Shown: piece by piece, positions 37,261-46,179 of the stretch
Layout of the letters: every line of letters begins with the position of its first letter
How positions within the stretch are numbered: the first letter of the stretch is position 1
Source: Vicinamibacterales bacterium
GTDB lineage: Bacteria; Acidobacteriota; Vicinamibacteria; Vicinamibacterales; JAMQPK01
Direction: 5' to 3'
Length of the DNA: 64,000 nt
Assembly (NCBI GenBank): GCA_023717525.1
Contig: JAMQPK010000159.1
Location: forward strand, 19,284 to 83,283
Position numbers and translations under genes: made by a program
Notes under the pieces: model-generated
Databases searched by the model: none
Seen by the model: the letters and a program-made list of their open reading frames with translations, nothing else
What the model was told of the DNA's origin: nothing

Positions 37261-38262
37261 ATGGGTTCTCTGGCCCTCGACGGCGCGCTTCCGCCAATTC
37301 TCGCCACGCAGTTCATTTTTGAAAAAGCTCCCTTTGCAAGTTCGCACGCGTCGACGATCGTCGAGACGCGCGACGGCCTGGTGGCCGCGTGGTTCGGCGG
37401 AAGCCGGGAAGGGGCAAGCGATGTCGGGATCTGGCTCGCGCGTCAGCAAGGTGATGGCAGGTGGACCGAGCCGCAAGAGGTTGCCAACGGCGTTCAGTCA
37501 GACGGCACTCGATATCCTTCATGGAACCCCGTGCTGTTCGAAGTCGGACAGAGTACCCTCACGTTGTTCTACAAGGTCGGACCAACGCCGCGAACATGGT
37601 GGGGAATGCTGCGCACGTCGTCAGACGGCGGGCGGACGTGGGGCGATGCGCGGCGATTGCCAGATGGCGTGCTGGGCCCGATCAAAAACAAGCCGGTTCG
37701 GCTCAAGGACGGAAGCGTCATCGCAGGCAGCAGTACGGAATCCGACGAAACGCCGAGCGCCTGGCGCGTACACTTCGAGATCACACGCGATCAGGGCGCC
37801 ACGTGGTCGATCGTGCATCCTCCCCTTCCGCAATCCGGGCCGGCGATCGACGCCATCCAGCCGAGCATTCTCGTTCATTCCGACGGAACGTTACAGGCTG
37901 TCGGGCGGACTCGATCCGGCCGTCTGTTCGAGACGCGATCGGGCGATCAAGGGCAGTCGTGGACGCCGATTTCGTTGTTGGAGCTCCCGAACCCAAATGC
38001 CGGCATCGACGCCCTGACCATGCGAGACCATCGTCACGTGATGGTCTACAACCACGCGACTGAGGGGCGCTCTCCATTGAACGTCGCGATATCGAAGGAC
38101 GGCTCAACCTGGAAGAACGTACTCACGCTGGAAAGCGAGCCCGGCGAGTATTCCTATCCGGCCGTCATTCAGACCAGCGACAGTCGCCTGCATGTTACCT
38201 ACACGTGGAAGCGGCTTCGCATCAAGCACGTCGTGATCGATCCGAAGCGATTGCCTTTCTAG
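37261..38262 (+). CDS. BNR/sialidase-like (exo-alpha-sialidase family) beta-propeller protein
   Basis: Repeated SxDxGxTW (BNR/Asp-box) motifs: SSDGGRTW, TRDQGATW, SGDQGQSW, SKDGSTW. The start is uncertain, and the 5' part of the 37090 ORF overlaps the tRNA. Confidence 0.75.
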   Translation: MGSLALDGALPPILATQFIFEKAPFASSHASTIVETRDGLVAAWFGGSREGASDVGIWLARQQGDGRWTEPQEVANGVQSDGTRYPSWNPVLFEVGQSTLTLFYKVGPTPRTWWGMLRTSSDGGRTWGDARRLPDGVLGPIKNKPVRLKDGSVIAGSSTESDETPSAWRVHFEITRDQGATWSIVHPPLPQSGPAIDAIQPSILVHSDGTLQAVGRTRSGRLFETRSGDQGQSWTPISLLELPNPNAGIDALTMRDHRHVMVYNHATEGRSPLNVAISKDGSTWKNVLTLESEPGEYSYPAVIQTSDSRLHVTYTWKRLRIKHVVIDPKRLPF

Positions 38263-38317
38263 GGCAGCCCCGTTCGAACCATTTTGCTCCGCTACGCCTC
38301 TTACTAGCAGCCAGCAA

Positions 38318-38866
38318 GTGGTCACCTCCATTCAGGAAATGCAGTGGGTGCTACGGGCGCAATGCAACGATCGCGAAGCGCTCGAAGCACTGCTCCGGAG
38401 CGTCCAGCCGTCGCTGCGACGCTACCTGTCCAGTCTGGCTGGAGCGACCGACGCCGACGATCTCCTGCAGGACGTATTGGTGATCATCATCCGCAGGATC
38501 GGCACGCTGGACGATCCCAAGCTGTTTCGCCCCTGGTCGTTTCGAATTGCCAGTCGCGAGGCGTTCCGGCACCTCAGGAAGCGCCGTCTCTGGCAAGGGC
38601 GCCACGAGGACGATACGGAGCTTGGCGAGCTGCCGATGCCCGAAACAGCGCCGACGGGTGAGCGGCTTCGAGAACTCCTGGCAACCGACACGATCTCGCC
38701 CGCGAGCCGTGCGGTGTTGATTCTGCACTTCGAGGAGGAGCTGACACTTCTCGAGGTCTCGGCCATTCTCGACATTCCGTTGGGTACAGCCAAATCACGG
38801 CTATGGTACGGGCTCCGGTCGATTCGCAAACACTTGAACACCCCTGGAGGGTTACATGACAAATGA
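38318..38866 (+). CDS. RNA polymerase ECF-type sigma factor
   Basis: Region 2 (DLLQDVLVIIIRRI) and region 4 (LLEVSAILDIPLGTAKSRL). An alternative ATG is at 38339. Confidence 0.85.
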   Translation: MVTSIQEMQWVLRAQCNDREALEALLRSVQPSLRRYLSSLAGATDADDLLQDVLVIIIRRIGTLDDPKLFRPWSFRIASREAFRHLRKRRLWQGRHEDDTELGELPMPETAPTGERLRELLATDTISPASRAVLILHFEEELTLLEVSAILDIPLGTAKSRLWYGLRSIRKHLNTPGGLHDK

Positions 38867-39137
38867 CAACGAGGAAGTCCTTCGACGATCTCTCGACGCG
38901 GTAGACCGCCACAGAACTCGGCTGCTGATCGGCGTCGTGGTGACTGCGGTTCTGCTCCTGTTCGCGCTCATGCACGGGGCCGACGCTGTACACAGTCACA
39001 ACACCAACCTGTTTATTCATGCGGCCTTCCTGATTCTCTGCGTCTGGACGACGATGCTTGCCCTGGTCGTGGTCATTCAGATGACGGTCATGACCAAACG
39101 CATTCTTCGCGCCATCGAGCTGGCGTCGAAGAAGTGA
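38856..39137 (+). CDS. small two-TM membrane protein (possible anti-sigma partner)
   Basis: 93 aa. It overlaps the sigma gene by 11 nt and has two hydrophobic helices. GC is lower than in surrounding genes. Confidence 0.55.
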   Translation: MTNDNEEVLRRSLDAVDRHRTRLLIGVVVTAVLLLFALMHGADAVHSHNTNLFIHAAFLILCVWTTMLALVVVIQMTVMTKRILRAIELASKK

Positions 39138-39154
39138 GATCTCTGCCGTCTGTA

Positions 39155-40039
39155 TTAGTAGCTCGATTTCCCGGGTGGCGAAGGCGCCGCTGGCGTTGGC
39201 GGGCCGCCTTTTGATTCCTGGATGATCTTGACGCCGGCGCTCGCGCCCACGCGGCTCGCGCCAGCAGACACGAGATTCTTCAGCGCCTCGTAATCGCGGA
39301 CGCCGCCCGCCGCCTTGACGCCAATGTCTGGCCCGACGACACGACGCATCAGTTCCACGTCGGCGACCGTCGCGCCTCCTGGCCCAAATCCCGTCGAAGT
39401 CTTCACGTAGTCGGCTCCCGCCGCTTTCGAGAGGGTGCATGCCGTCACCTTCTCTTCGTCGGTCAACAGCGCCGCTTCAATGATCACCTTGCTGAGAACG
39501 CCGCAGTCCCTGCAGGGACCGACGACGGCGGCAATATCTCTCTCGACCATCCCGAGCTCGCCCGACTTCAGGGCACCGACGTTAATCACCATGTCGACTT
39601 CGGTTGCACCGTCGAAGATCGCGCGTCGCGTTTCGAAGTGCTTCACGTCGGTTGCGGTTGCACCCAACGGAAAGCCGACAACCGTGCAGACGCCGACCTG
39701 GCTTCCCTTGAGAAGTCTGGCAGCCGTCGCCACCCAGAAAGGATTAATGCACACCGTCGCAAAACCGAACTCTCGGGCTTCCTTGCAGAGCTTCTCGATC
39801 TCCTGCCTGGACGCATCGGCCTTCAACAGCGTGTGATCGATGAGCGACGCCACACCCGCCGGGACCTTCTCCCCCGCATAGAGACCGAGGCGCGAGGCGC
39901 CGGCATCGATGACGCCACGGACGCGATCGGGACAACAGTCGTAGAGCACGGCATGACAGTCGCAGGTTCGCGTCCGCTGCCGCGACAGCGCAGCCGCCAC
40001 TTCTTCAGCGATGATCTTTTGTAGCTCGTTCCACTGCAT
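39155..40039 (-). CDS. deoC: deoxyribose-phosphate aldolase with roughly 65-aa Cys-rich N-terminal extension
   Basis: DeoC core (IDHTLLK, GFPLGA, KVIIE, VKTSTGF). The extension contains CDCH-x6-CC. Confidence 0.9.
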   Translation of the reverse strand: MQWNELQKIIAEEVAAALSRQRTRTCDCHAVLYDCCPDRVRGVIDAGASRLGLYAGEKVPAGVASLIDHTLLKADASRQEIEKLCKEAREFGFATVCINPFWVATAARLLKGSQVGVCTVVGFPLGATATDVKHFETRRAIFDGATEVDMVINVGALKSGELGMVERDIAAVVGPCRDCGVLSKVIIEAALLTDEEKVTACTLSKAAGADYVKTSTGFGPGGATVADVELMRRVVGPDIGVKAAGGVRDYEALKNLVSAGASRVGASAGVKIIQESKGGPPTPAAPSPPGKSSY

Positions 40040-40044
40040 TGAAT

Positions 40045-40079
40045 CGTTTACCGTCTACCGTTTACCGTTCACCGTCCGT
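40045..40079. repeat. array of five heptamers (minus strand reads ACGGACG GTGAACG GTAAACG GTAGACG GTAAACG)
   Basis: Read directly from the sequence. It spans the rpiB stop codon and the rpiB-deoC spacer. It shares the 11-mer gacggtaaacg with 37045-37055 in inverted orientation. Confidence 0.65.
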
Positions 40080-40701
40080 CTTCAAGAGCACGAATCTTGG
40101 CCAAGCGCCGGATGTATCTTGGCTCGCTCATCGCCGTGTGCAGCCAGACATCCACCACCTCGAGCGCGTCTTTCGTCGAGATGAGCGTCGATCCGAGGCT
40201 CAACACGTTCGCCCCGTTGTGCTGTCTCGCGTAGCGCGCCATCGTGACATCGTGACACACCGCCGCGCGCACGCCCTTCACCTTGTTTGCGGCGATCGAC
40301 GACCCGATGCCGGCGCCGTCGATCACAATGCCCGCGTCGGCTTCGCCACGGGCCACCGACGTCGCCACTCGAGCGGCCGTGTCGGGGTAGTCAACCGGAT
40401 CGGCCGTCAGCGTGCCGAGGTCGTGAACCGCAACGCCCTTGCCCCGCAGCGCCTGAATGATCGCCGCCTTCAACGCAAGACTGGAGTGGTCTCCGCCAAT
40501 CGCAACGCGCTTGATGTCACTGACGGGTGCAAGGCCGTCAGCCGACGACTCCAAGCGATCGTCCGACAGTACCGTCACGCGACGAGCCTTCAGGGTATCA
40601 GCAGCCAGCGGAGTGACGTGGCCGCCCCTCTGCAACACAACCGTCTCGCCGACGTCGAGGATACGCGCATCGGCCTCGGTAATGATCTCGAACCGTTTCA
40701 T
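40069..40701 (-). CDS. rpiB: ribose 5-phosphate isomerase B (RpiB/LacAB family) with roughly 60-aa N-terminal extension
   Basis: The RpiB core begins at RVAIGGDHSS...GICGTG-like...SLG. The N-terminal module MKRFEIITEADARILDVGETVVLQRGGHVTPLAADTLKARRVTV is unassigned. Confidence 0.85.
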   Translation of the reverse strand: MKRFEIITEADARILDVGETVVLQRGGHVTPLAADTLKARRVTVLSDDRLESSADGLAPVSDIKRVAIGGDHSSLALKAAIIQALRGKGVAVHDLGTLTADPVDYPDTAARVATSVARGEADAGIVIDGAGIGSSIAANKVKGVRAAVCHDVTMARYARQHNGANVLSLGSTLISTKDALEVVDVWLHTAMSEPRYIRRLAKIRALEDGR

Positions 40702-40719
40702 GTTATCGTTCGAATCCCT

Positions 40720-41241
40720 GTGACGACATTATTTACCGCCGAACAGATCAACGCGCGCATCCACCAGCTCGCATCCGAAATCGACGCGTCGTATCCGTCC
40801 GGTGCGCCTCTGCACCTGGTGGCGGTCCTGAAAGGTGCTTTCGTGTTCCTCTCTGACCTCGCGCGCGCTCTGGCACCGCGTCCGGTTACGCTCGACTTCA
40901 TCGCCGTCTCCAGCTACGGAGCCGCCACGAAAAGCTCCGGCGAGGTTCGGCTGCTCAAAGATCTTGACGCCCCGCTTCAGGGACGCGATGTCATTATCGT
41001 CGAGGACATCGTCGATACGGGTCTCACGTTGTCCTACCTTCAAGACGTGATGAGGGCTCGCGACCCGAAGAGCCTCAGAACGGCCTGTTTGCTGAGCAAA
41101 CCCAGCCGGCGCAAAGTCGACGTTCAGGTGGAATATATCGGATTCGAGATCGAAGACAAGTTCGTCGTCGGCTACGGTCTCGATCACGCCGGACAGTTCC
41201 GCCATCTTCCGTTCATCGGCATCCAGGACGACCTCACTTAG
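40720..41241 (+). CDS. hpt: hypoxanthine phosphoribosyltransferase
   Basis: The GTG at 40720 gives VTTLFTAEQINARI... with the PRPP motif VIIVEDIVDTGLT. The 5' 680 nt of the ORF is antisense to rpiB. Confidence 0.9.
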   Translation: MTTLFTAEQINARIHQLASEIDASYPSGAPLHLVAVLKGAFVFLSDLARALAPRPVTLDFIAVSSYGAATKSSGEVRLLKDLDAPLQGRDVIIVEDIVDTGLTLSYLQDVMRARDPKSLRTACLLSKPSRRKVDVQVEYIGFEIEDKFVVGYGLDHAGQFRHLPFIGIQDDLT

Positions 41242-42649
41242 GGGACGGCGCCACGGCCGCCCGAACCGAGTCCGCAAACGTCCTTGCCTCCTGCAGGACA
41301 GAGCCCTCGTTGAGCGTCAGGACCTTGCGGTCGCGCATCAGCACGCGGCCGTTCACAACGGTTGTCTGCACGTCGCCGCCGCGGCTCACGTAGACCAGGT
41401 GTGAGATCGCATTGTAGAGCGGCGTCTGTCGGGCGCCCGCCATCGAGACCGAAATGAGATCGGCTCGCTTTCCTGCTTCGAGCGATCCAATTTGCTTCTC
41501 GAGCCCCAGGGCTCTCGCGCCATTGATAGTCGCCATCTCCAAAGCGGTGGCGGCGGGAATGGCGCGCGGGTCGCCGGAGTTCAGCTTATGCAGGAACGCG
41601 GCAAGCCGCATCGCTTCGAACATGTCGAGGTCGTTGTTGCTGGCCGCCCCATCGGTTCCAAGTCCCACAGCAATTCCCGCCGAAAGCATAGCTGGCACGG
41701 GCGCAATGCCGCTCGCCAGCTTCATGTTGCTTTCGGGATTGTGAGACACACCCACCTGACGGGCCCGGAGAATCGCGATGTCTGCGGGCGACGCCCACAC
41801 TACGTGGTTCGCCAGGGTGCGTGGCCCGAAGAATCCAATTGAATCGAGATATGCGACCGGGGTCATCCCCCGGTTCGCCGCCTGCGAGTTCTTCACCTCC
41901 GGGCTCGTCTCAGCCACATGCGTGATCAACGGGACGCCATACTTCGTGGCCAGGGCACGAGCCGCCTGCAGCGTCTTCGTGTCGTTCGTGTACGGCGCGT
42001 GCGGCGCAACTGCCGGAACGATCAGGTCGTCGTGCTGGAACTCCTTGATGAACGCTTCGGCCCTCACCAGCGCCTCGGCCGGCGTCTTGGCATCGGCAAC
42101 AGGAAACTGGATGATGGTCTGGCCGAGAATACCTCGAAGGCCCGCGGCTTTTGTCACGCGGCCGATCTCTTCCTCGAAGTAGTACATGTCGGCGTACGCG
42201 GTCGTACCTGACTGAATCATCTCGAGCGCCGCGAGCCGCGTGCCGATGCGCACCATCTCGCGCGATACCGTCTTCGCCTCAGCCGGAAAGATGTAATTCT
42301 CGAGCCATTCCTGCAACGCAAGATCGTCAGCCAGCCCGCGATAGAGGACCATGGGCGCATGCGTATGGGCGTTGATGAGGCCGGGGATGACCACTTGTCC
42401 CGTCGTGTTGATCTGCTCGACGCCGCGGAAACGAGTTGCGATATCAGCAGCGGGCCCGACCGCGACGATGACGTTGCCGTCGATCGCAACGGCGCCTGGG
42501 TCATAGATGTTTCGAGCGGGATCGACCGTGACGACCGTGCCCCCAGAGACGACGAGCGATACCTGACGTGGCGGAACTTGGGCACGGACCGCGACGACGG
42601 CGCCTGCTGCAAGCGCGACGACGACCGTCAGAGACCACGTGATTCGCAT
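41234..42649 (-). CDS. amidohydrolase (MtaD/TrzA-like deaminase family) with signal peptide
   Basis: Metal-binding motifs HTHAPM and HVAET, plus a late Asp region. Start MRITWSLTVVVALAAGAVVAVRA at 42649. Confidence 0.85.
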   Translation of the reverse strand: MRITWSLTVVVALAAGAVVAVRAQVPPRQVSLVVSGGTVVTVDPARNIYDPGAVAIDGNVIVAVGPAADIATRFRGVEQINTTGQVVIPGLINAHTHAPMVLYRGLADDLALQEWLENYIFPAEAKTVSREMVRIGTRLAALEMIQSGTTAYADMYYFEEEIGRVTKAAGLRGILGQTIIQFPVADAKTPAEALVRAEAFIKEFQHDDLIVPAVAPHAPYTNDTKTLQAARALATKYGVPLITHVAETSPEVKNSQAANRGMTPVAYLDSIGFFGPRTLANHVVWASPADIAILRARQVGVSHNPESNMKLASGIAPVPAMLSAGIAVGLGTDGAASNNDLDMFEAMRLAAFLHKLNSGDPRAIPAATALEMATINGARALGLEKQIGSLEAGKRADLISVSMAGARQTPLYNAISHLVYVSRGGDVQTTVVNGRVLMRDRKVLTLNEGSVLQEARTFADSVRAAVAPSPK

Positions 42650-42871
42650 GTGTCGCATTCTATGCTGTCGAACCACGACGTGTGTTGCAGAATCTGCCAC
42701 ACGAATATCACACGCCTCCACTCAACGCCATTCTCGACACGTTCGTCTGGCGCTCTACTTGCGAGGGCACTCGACGATGTTACGATTAGGGCGCGGACAG
42801 CACAGTCGTCGGACCTTGCGAATCTTGAGGCTGCTGCCCTGGTTTTCAGCCAGTTTATTGGTGACAGACAA

Positions 42872-42982
42872 TTGTCCTGGCGCACGTTGGCCGTTGGAGC
42901 GATTGGACTGACCGTGTGGTTCTTGCTCACAGGAGCGGCTTTGATCGCAGCTCGAAAAGAGACAAGAAGAGAGACAACATGA
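42872..42982 (+). CDS. candidate 36-aa single-TM peptide
   Basis: A TTG start gives (M)SWRTLAVGAIGLTVWFLLTGAALIAARKETRRETT. Its stop overlaps the next ATG as ATGA. Evidence is weak and there is no strong SD. Confidence 0.25.
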   Translation: MSWRTLAVGAIGLTVWFLLTGAALIAARKETRRETT

Positions 42983-43086
42983 CTGCCTTTCTTGTAATCG
43001 GCCTCGGAGCAGCGTTGTTCGGATTCGCACTCATAGCCATGGATTCATATTCCCGCCGCCAGGAGCGCCGCCACAAGCGCGACTGA
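42979..43086 (+). CDS. candidate 35-aa single-TM peptide
   Basis: MTAFLVIGLGAALFGFALIAMDSYSRRQERRHKRD. It has the same architecture as the preceding mini-ORF and is too short for the ORF track. Confidence 0.3.
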   Translation: MTAFLVIGLGAALFGFALIAMDSYSRRQERRHKRD

Positions 43087-43089
43087 ATT

Positions 43090-43124
43090 CTTCCCTCACC
43101 CCTCTCCCCTCACCCCTTTCCCCT
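43090..43124. repeat. solo heptamer array CTTCCCT CACCCCT CTCCCCT CACCCCT TTCCCCT
   Basis: Five exact 7-nt periods of the same unit family as the cassette inverted repeats at 17137 and 17706. The complementary strand has five G-runs. Confidence 0.75.
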
Positions 43125-43144
43125 TTGCGTTATAGTCTCCCCCC

Positions 43145-43768
43145 ATGCCCGTTCATGTTGTTCAGCATCCTCTCATTCACGACGCGCTCAGCCAGCTGCG
43201 AGACGTTAGTACGCAGACCGAGCAGTTCAGGTCGATCGCCAATCGCATCAGCGTTCTGCTCGTCGCCGAAGCGCTGCGTGAGTTACCGACCGAGCGTGCA
43301 ATCTCGCAGACACCGCTCGAGAAGGCCGAAGGACGCCGTGTTGCGCGTGACGTCGTCGTTGTTCCGGTGCTCAGAGCCGGCCTCGGAATGCTCGATGCCG
43401 TGCTCGAGCTGCTGCCGGCGGCCCGAGTGGGTCACATCGGTCTCCAGCGCGACGAATCGACCGCCGTTGCGTCGCAGTACTATGCAAAGTTGCCGGCGAA
43501 TCTGCCGTCGAGCTACGTCGTGCTGGTCGATCCCATGCTCGCCACTGGAGGCAGCGCCGTGGCCGCGCTCGATGTGCTGAAGAAGGCTGGCGCCAACAAC
43601 ATCCGCATTGTCTGCATTGTCGCAGCGCCGGAAGGCATCGCGCTCGTCGAGAAGTCGCATCCCGATGTCGAAATCTACACGCCAGTCGTCGATCGCGGGC
43701 TGAACGCGCAGAAATACATCCTGCCGGGGCTTGGCGACTTCGGCGATCGGCTGTATGGAACCGATTGA
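43145..43768 (+). CDS. upp: uracil phosphoribosyltransferase
   Basis: 207 aa with HPLIxHxL, a PRPP loop of the DPMLATGGS type, and the C-terminal YIxPGLGDxGDRxxGT motif. Confidence 0.95.
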   Translation: MPVHVVQHPLIHDALSQLRDVSTQTEQFRSIANRISVLLVAEALRELPTERAISQTPLEKAEGRRVARDVVVVPVLRAGLGMLDAVLELLPAARVGHIGLQRDESTAVASQYYAKLPANLPSSYVVLVDPMLATGGSAVAALDVLKKAGANNIRIVCIVAAPEGIALVEKSHPDVEIYTPVVDRGLNAQKYILPGLGDFGDRLYGTD

Positions 43769-43797
43769 AATGCGCTAGTATTGAGCGTTCAAAGGTT

Positions 43798-43872
43798 GGG
43801 CGCTTGGCTCAGCGGTAGAGCATCGCCTTCACACGGCGGGGGTCAGTGGTTCGAATCCACTAGCGCCCACCA
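43798..43872 (+). tRNA. tRNA-Val (anticodon CAC)
   Basis: Manual cloverleaf: acceptor gggcgct/agcgccc, D arm gctc-agcggta-gagc, anticodon loop ttCACac, T arm agtgg-ttcgaat-ccact, encoded CCA. Confidence 0.9.
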
Positions 43873-43894
43873 ACTACATCCAACCTTCCTGCGC

Positions 43895-46120
43895 TTAGAA
43901 CCTGTACGAGTACTGCAGCTTCCCCGACAACCGCGTGTCCTGCACCATGAAGCGGAGGTTGCGGTTCTCGTCCTCCTCCTGTACCCAACCCTGGTTGAAG
44001 GCAAAGAACAAGTCGCTCCCGGGCTTCAATGTCCAGCGGACGCGGCTCTGCCAGCCCAGGTTTCTCGAACGGTTGTCGTACTGAATCAGATTCGTAAACG
44101 ACAGCGACGGCGAAGCCGCGTAGTTGATGTTCGACGTTGCGATGCGCGCTGTGAACTCTCCTTCTGGCAGCCGGGCAAAGGTCTGGTTCGTGCTCAGGCT
44201 TGCCGTGAAGCGCGGCGGAAGCTTGTAGGTGATCGACGCGAGGACCTGCTCGGCCTGGCCTGACCAGTAGTTGCCCCATCCGACGGTCAGGCTGCCCGAC
44301 AATGGCCGCTTGGCCGCCGTCGTGAAGAGATTCGTCCTGAAGCGTGTGAAGCGATACTCACCTGGCTTCAACACGATACCCGGCGAAATCATGAACGGCT
44401 CGAACAGCCGCTCGTAGGTCGGGTCGAAGTCGGCCATCCCGTGCATGCTGTCGCCAGACTTGAAGTGCCAGTCCCACCAGGTGACATACAGATCCCAGCT
44501 TTCGACCTGATCTTTGTCGAGCCGCGTGAACCTCGTAAAGAACACGTCGTGATTCATCTGCTGGATGTTCAGAAAGTCCTTCGGGCGAGGATTGTAGCTG
44601 CCGGAGGCTCTGAGCAGCCGCACGTTGCTGCGCTGAACAAAGCCGATGGCGGGCTTGAAGTTCGCCTGGATCTCGCGGTACACCAACTGGGAGATGAACT
44701 CGTCGTTTGGATAGTGGGCGGAGAACCCGTACGACGAGTCGTTGGTCGCGACGCCCTTGTTCACGCTGCGTGCTCCGTAGGCATTCACGACGAAATTGCG
44801 CGATCTCCCGAGAAAACGCGACGTCGCCAGCCGCATGTCCGCCCCGTAGGTCTGGCCCGATTGATCGACCGCCGGGTTGCCCCCGGTGAAGATGGCGCCG
44901 ACGTACGACTGCTTGAAGAGATTGCGTTTCACGCGGCCCACAAAGTAGTTCTTCTCGTCGACAATCAGCCGATCGTCGTCGGTTCGCAGATCGCCGGTCC
45001 GCACATTCAGCACGCCGACATCCGTGCGACCAACCGTGCCGGTCAGCTTGATGCCGGCGTCGATAGGCACTTCCACATCTCCGAGCAAACCAATTCGACG
45101 GCTGAAAAACGGGTAAACGTCGGCGCCGGTGGCCGGAATGCCGCCAGGCGTTTCCGGTCCTGCGCTCGCGAAACTGAAGACGCCTGCCCCTTCGAGAAAG
45201 AACGAGCGCTTCTCTGGAAACAACAGCGAGAACCGCGTCAGGTTGATCTGCCGCGCATCCACTTCCGTCTCGCCGAAGTCGGTGTTGAACGTTGCGGTGA
45301 GCTTCAAGCTTGGCGTGATGCTGTAGAACACATCGAGGCCCGGCTTCTGGTTGAAGTCGTCGAGGCCAGTACGCCCGAAGTGCAACCACCGTCCCGCGAA
45401 GAACGGCCGTAGATCGAGGCCAACTCCCTGCGACAGCCCGCCGAGGTTCGTGATCTCGCCGGCCTCCGACACCTGCAGGAACTGTGTCTCCAGGCGGGCG
45501 CCCGACCACCGATTGTCTTCCAGCTTCCGATAGATCGTCCGCGCGACGTTGAACCCCCAGATCACCTGTCCCGCGGGGAAGCTCAAACTCTTGAACGGAA
45601 TCGCAAACTCCGCGACCCAGCCCTGATCGGTACGGCTCGTCCGGACCCGCCAGATCGCGTCCCATTCTGTATTCAGCTGACCGTTGGCGAACGCCAGTCC
45701 GTCGACCAGCGCGCCCGCCGGGTTGGTCGCAAAGTAAAACGCACTCCGTTGATCGCGGAACGTGTCGAGCAGGATCTCAATGCGGTCATCCGCCATCAGC
45801 GCGCCGTCCCGCGCCATCTGCGTGCCGATGACCCTGCCAGGCTCGGAGTCGTACGCGTAGATGCCAATGTACAGATTGTCGGCGTCGCGAAGCAGCGTCA
45901 CCTCCGTCCGCTCTGTCGGGGGCAGACCGGGCTCGGGCTGGCGCTGGATCAGATCACCAATCTTGGGGGCGGATGCCCAGATAGGCTCGTTCAACACCCC
46001 GTCGATGGTGATGGGCGCGGTTGTCGTCGTGACATCAGCCAGCCTGGGCTGGGCATCGCAAATCAGCGGAAGACAGAACACGGCTAGCGCGGGCAGAACA
46101 ATTCGCCGACAACCGATCAT
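43895..46120 (-). CDS. DUF5916/CBM9-like outer-membrane-type protein
   Basis: 741 aa with a signal peptide, an N-terminal carbohydrate-binding-family-9-like region (ITIDGVLNEPIW) and a long beta-rich C-terminus ending in Y-R-F. Confidence 0.75.
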   Translation of the reverse strand: MIGCRRIVLPALAVFCLPLICDAQPRLADVTTTTAPITIDGVLNEPIWASAPKIGDLIQRQPEPGLPPTERTEVTLLRDADNLYIGIYAYDSEPGRVIGTQMARDGALMADDRIEILLDTFRDQRSAFYFATNPAGALVDGLAFANGQLNTEWDAIWRVRTSRTDQGWVAEFAIPFKSLSFPAGQVIWGFNVARTIYRKLEDNRWSGARLETQFLQVSEAGEITNLGGLSQGVGLDLRPFFAGRWLHFGRTGLDDFNQKPGLDVFYSITPSLKLTATFNTDFGETEVDARQINLTRFSLLFPEKRSFFLEGAGVFSFASAGPETPGGIPATGADVYPFFSRRIGLLGDVEVPIDAGIKLTGTVGRTDVGVLNVRTGDLRTDDDRLIVDEKNYFVGRVKRNLFKQSYVGAIFTGGNPAVDQSGQTYGADMRLATSRFLGRSRNFVVNAYGARSVNKGVATNDSSYGFSAHYPNDEFISQLVYREIQANFKPAIGFVQRSNVRLLRASGSYNPRPKDFLNIQQMNHDVFFTRFTRLDKDQVESWDLYVTWWDWHFKSGDSMHGMADFDPTYERLFEPFMISPGIVLKPGEYRFTRFRTNLFTTAAKRPLSGSLTVGWGNYWSGQAEQVLASITYKLPPRFTASLSTNQTFARLPEGEFTARIATSNINYAASPSLSFTNLIQYDNRSRNLGWQSRVRWTLKPGSDLFFAFNQGWVQEEDENRNLRFMVQDTRLSGKLQYSYRF

Positions 46121-46179
46121 CTCAGTCCTTTACTGGTACCCGGCGAGATCCGTCAGGGAAAGGTTGCAGGGGCTCGAGG

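Noticed and set aside
37076-40079. A possible genomic island integrated at tRNA-Gly
   Set aside because: No integrase is present and there is no direct repeat of the tRNA 3' end downstream. deoC and rpiB are housekeeping genes. Only the sigma and small-protein pair shows lower GC.
39155-40701. A bacterial microcompartment locus inferred from the rpiB-deoC pair
   Set aside because: There are no BMC-H or BMC-P shell genes, aldehyde dehydrogenase or PduL-type genes within the window. It is kept only as a low-confidence idea about the N-terminal extensions.
44358-45665. A 435-aa ORF in an alternate frame of the same strand as the DUF5916 gene
   Set aside because: It lies entirely inside the 741-aa gene, which has a signal peptide and a beta-barrel-like terminus. 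The alternate frame is Arg-rich with no recognisable motif.
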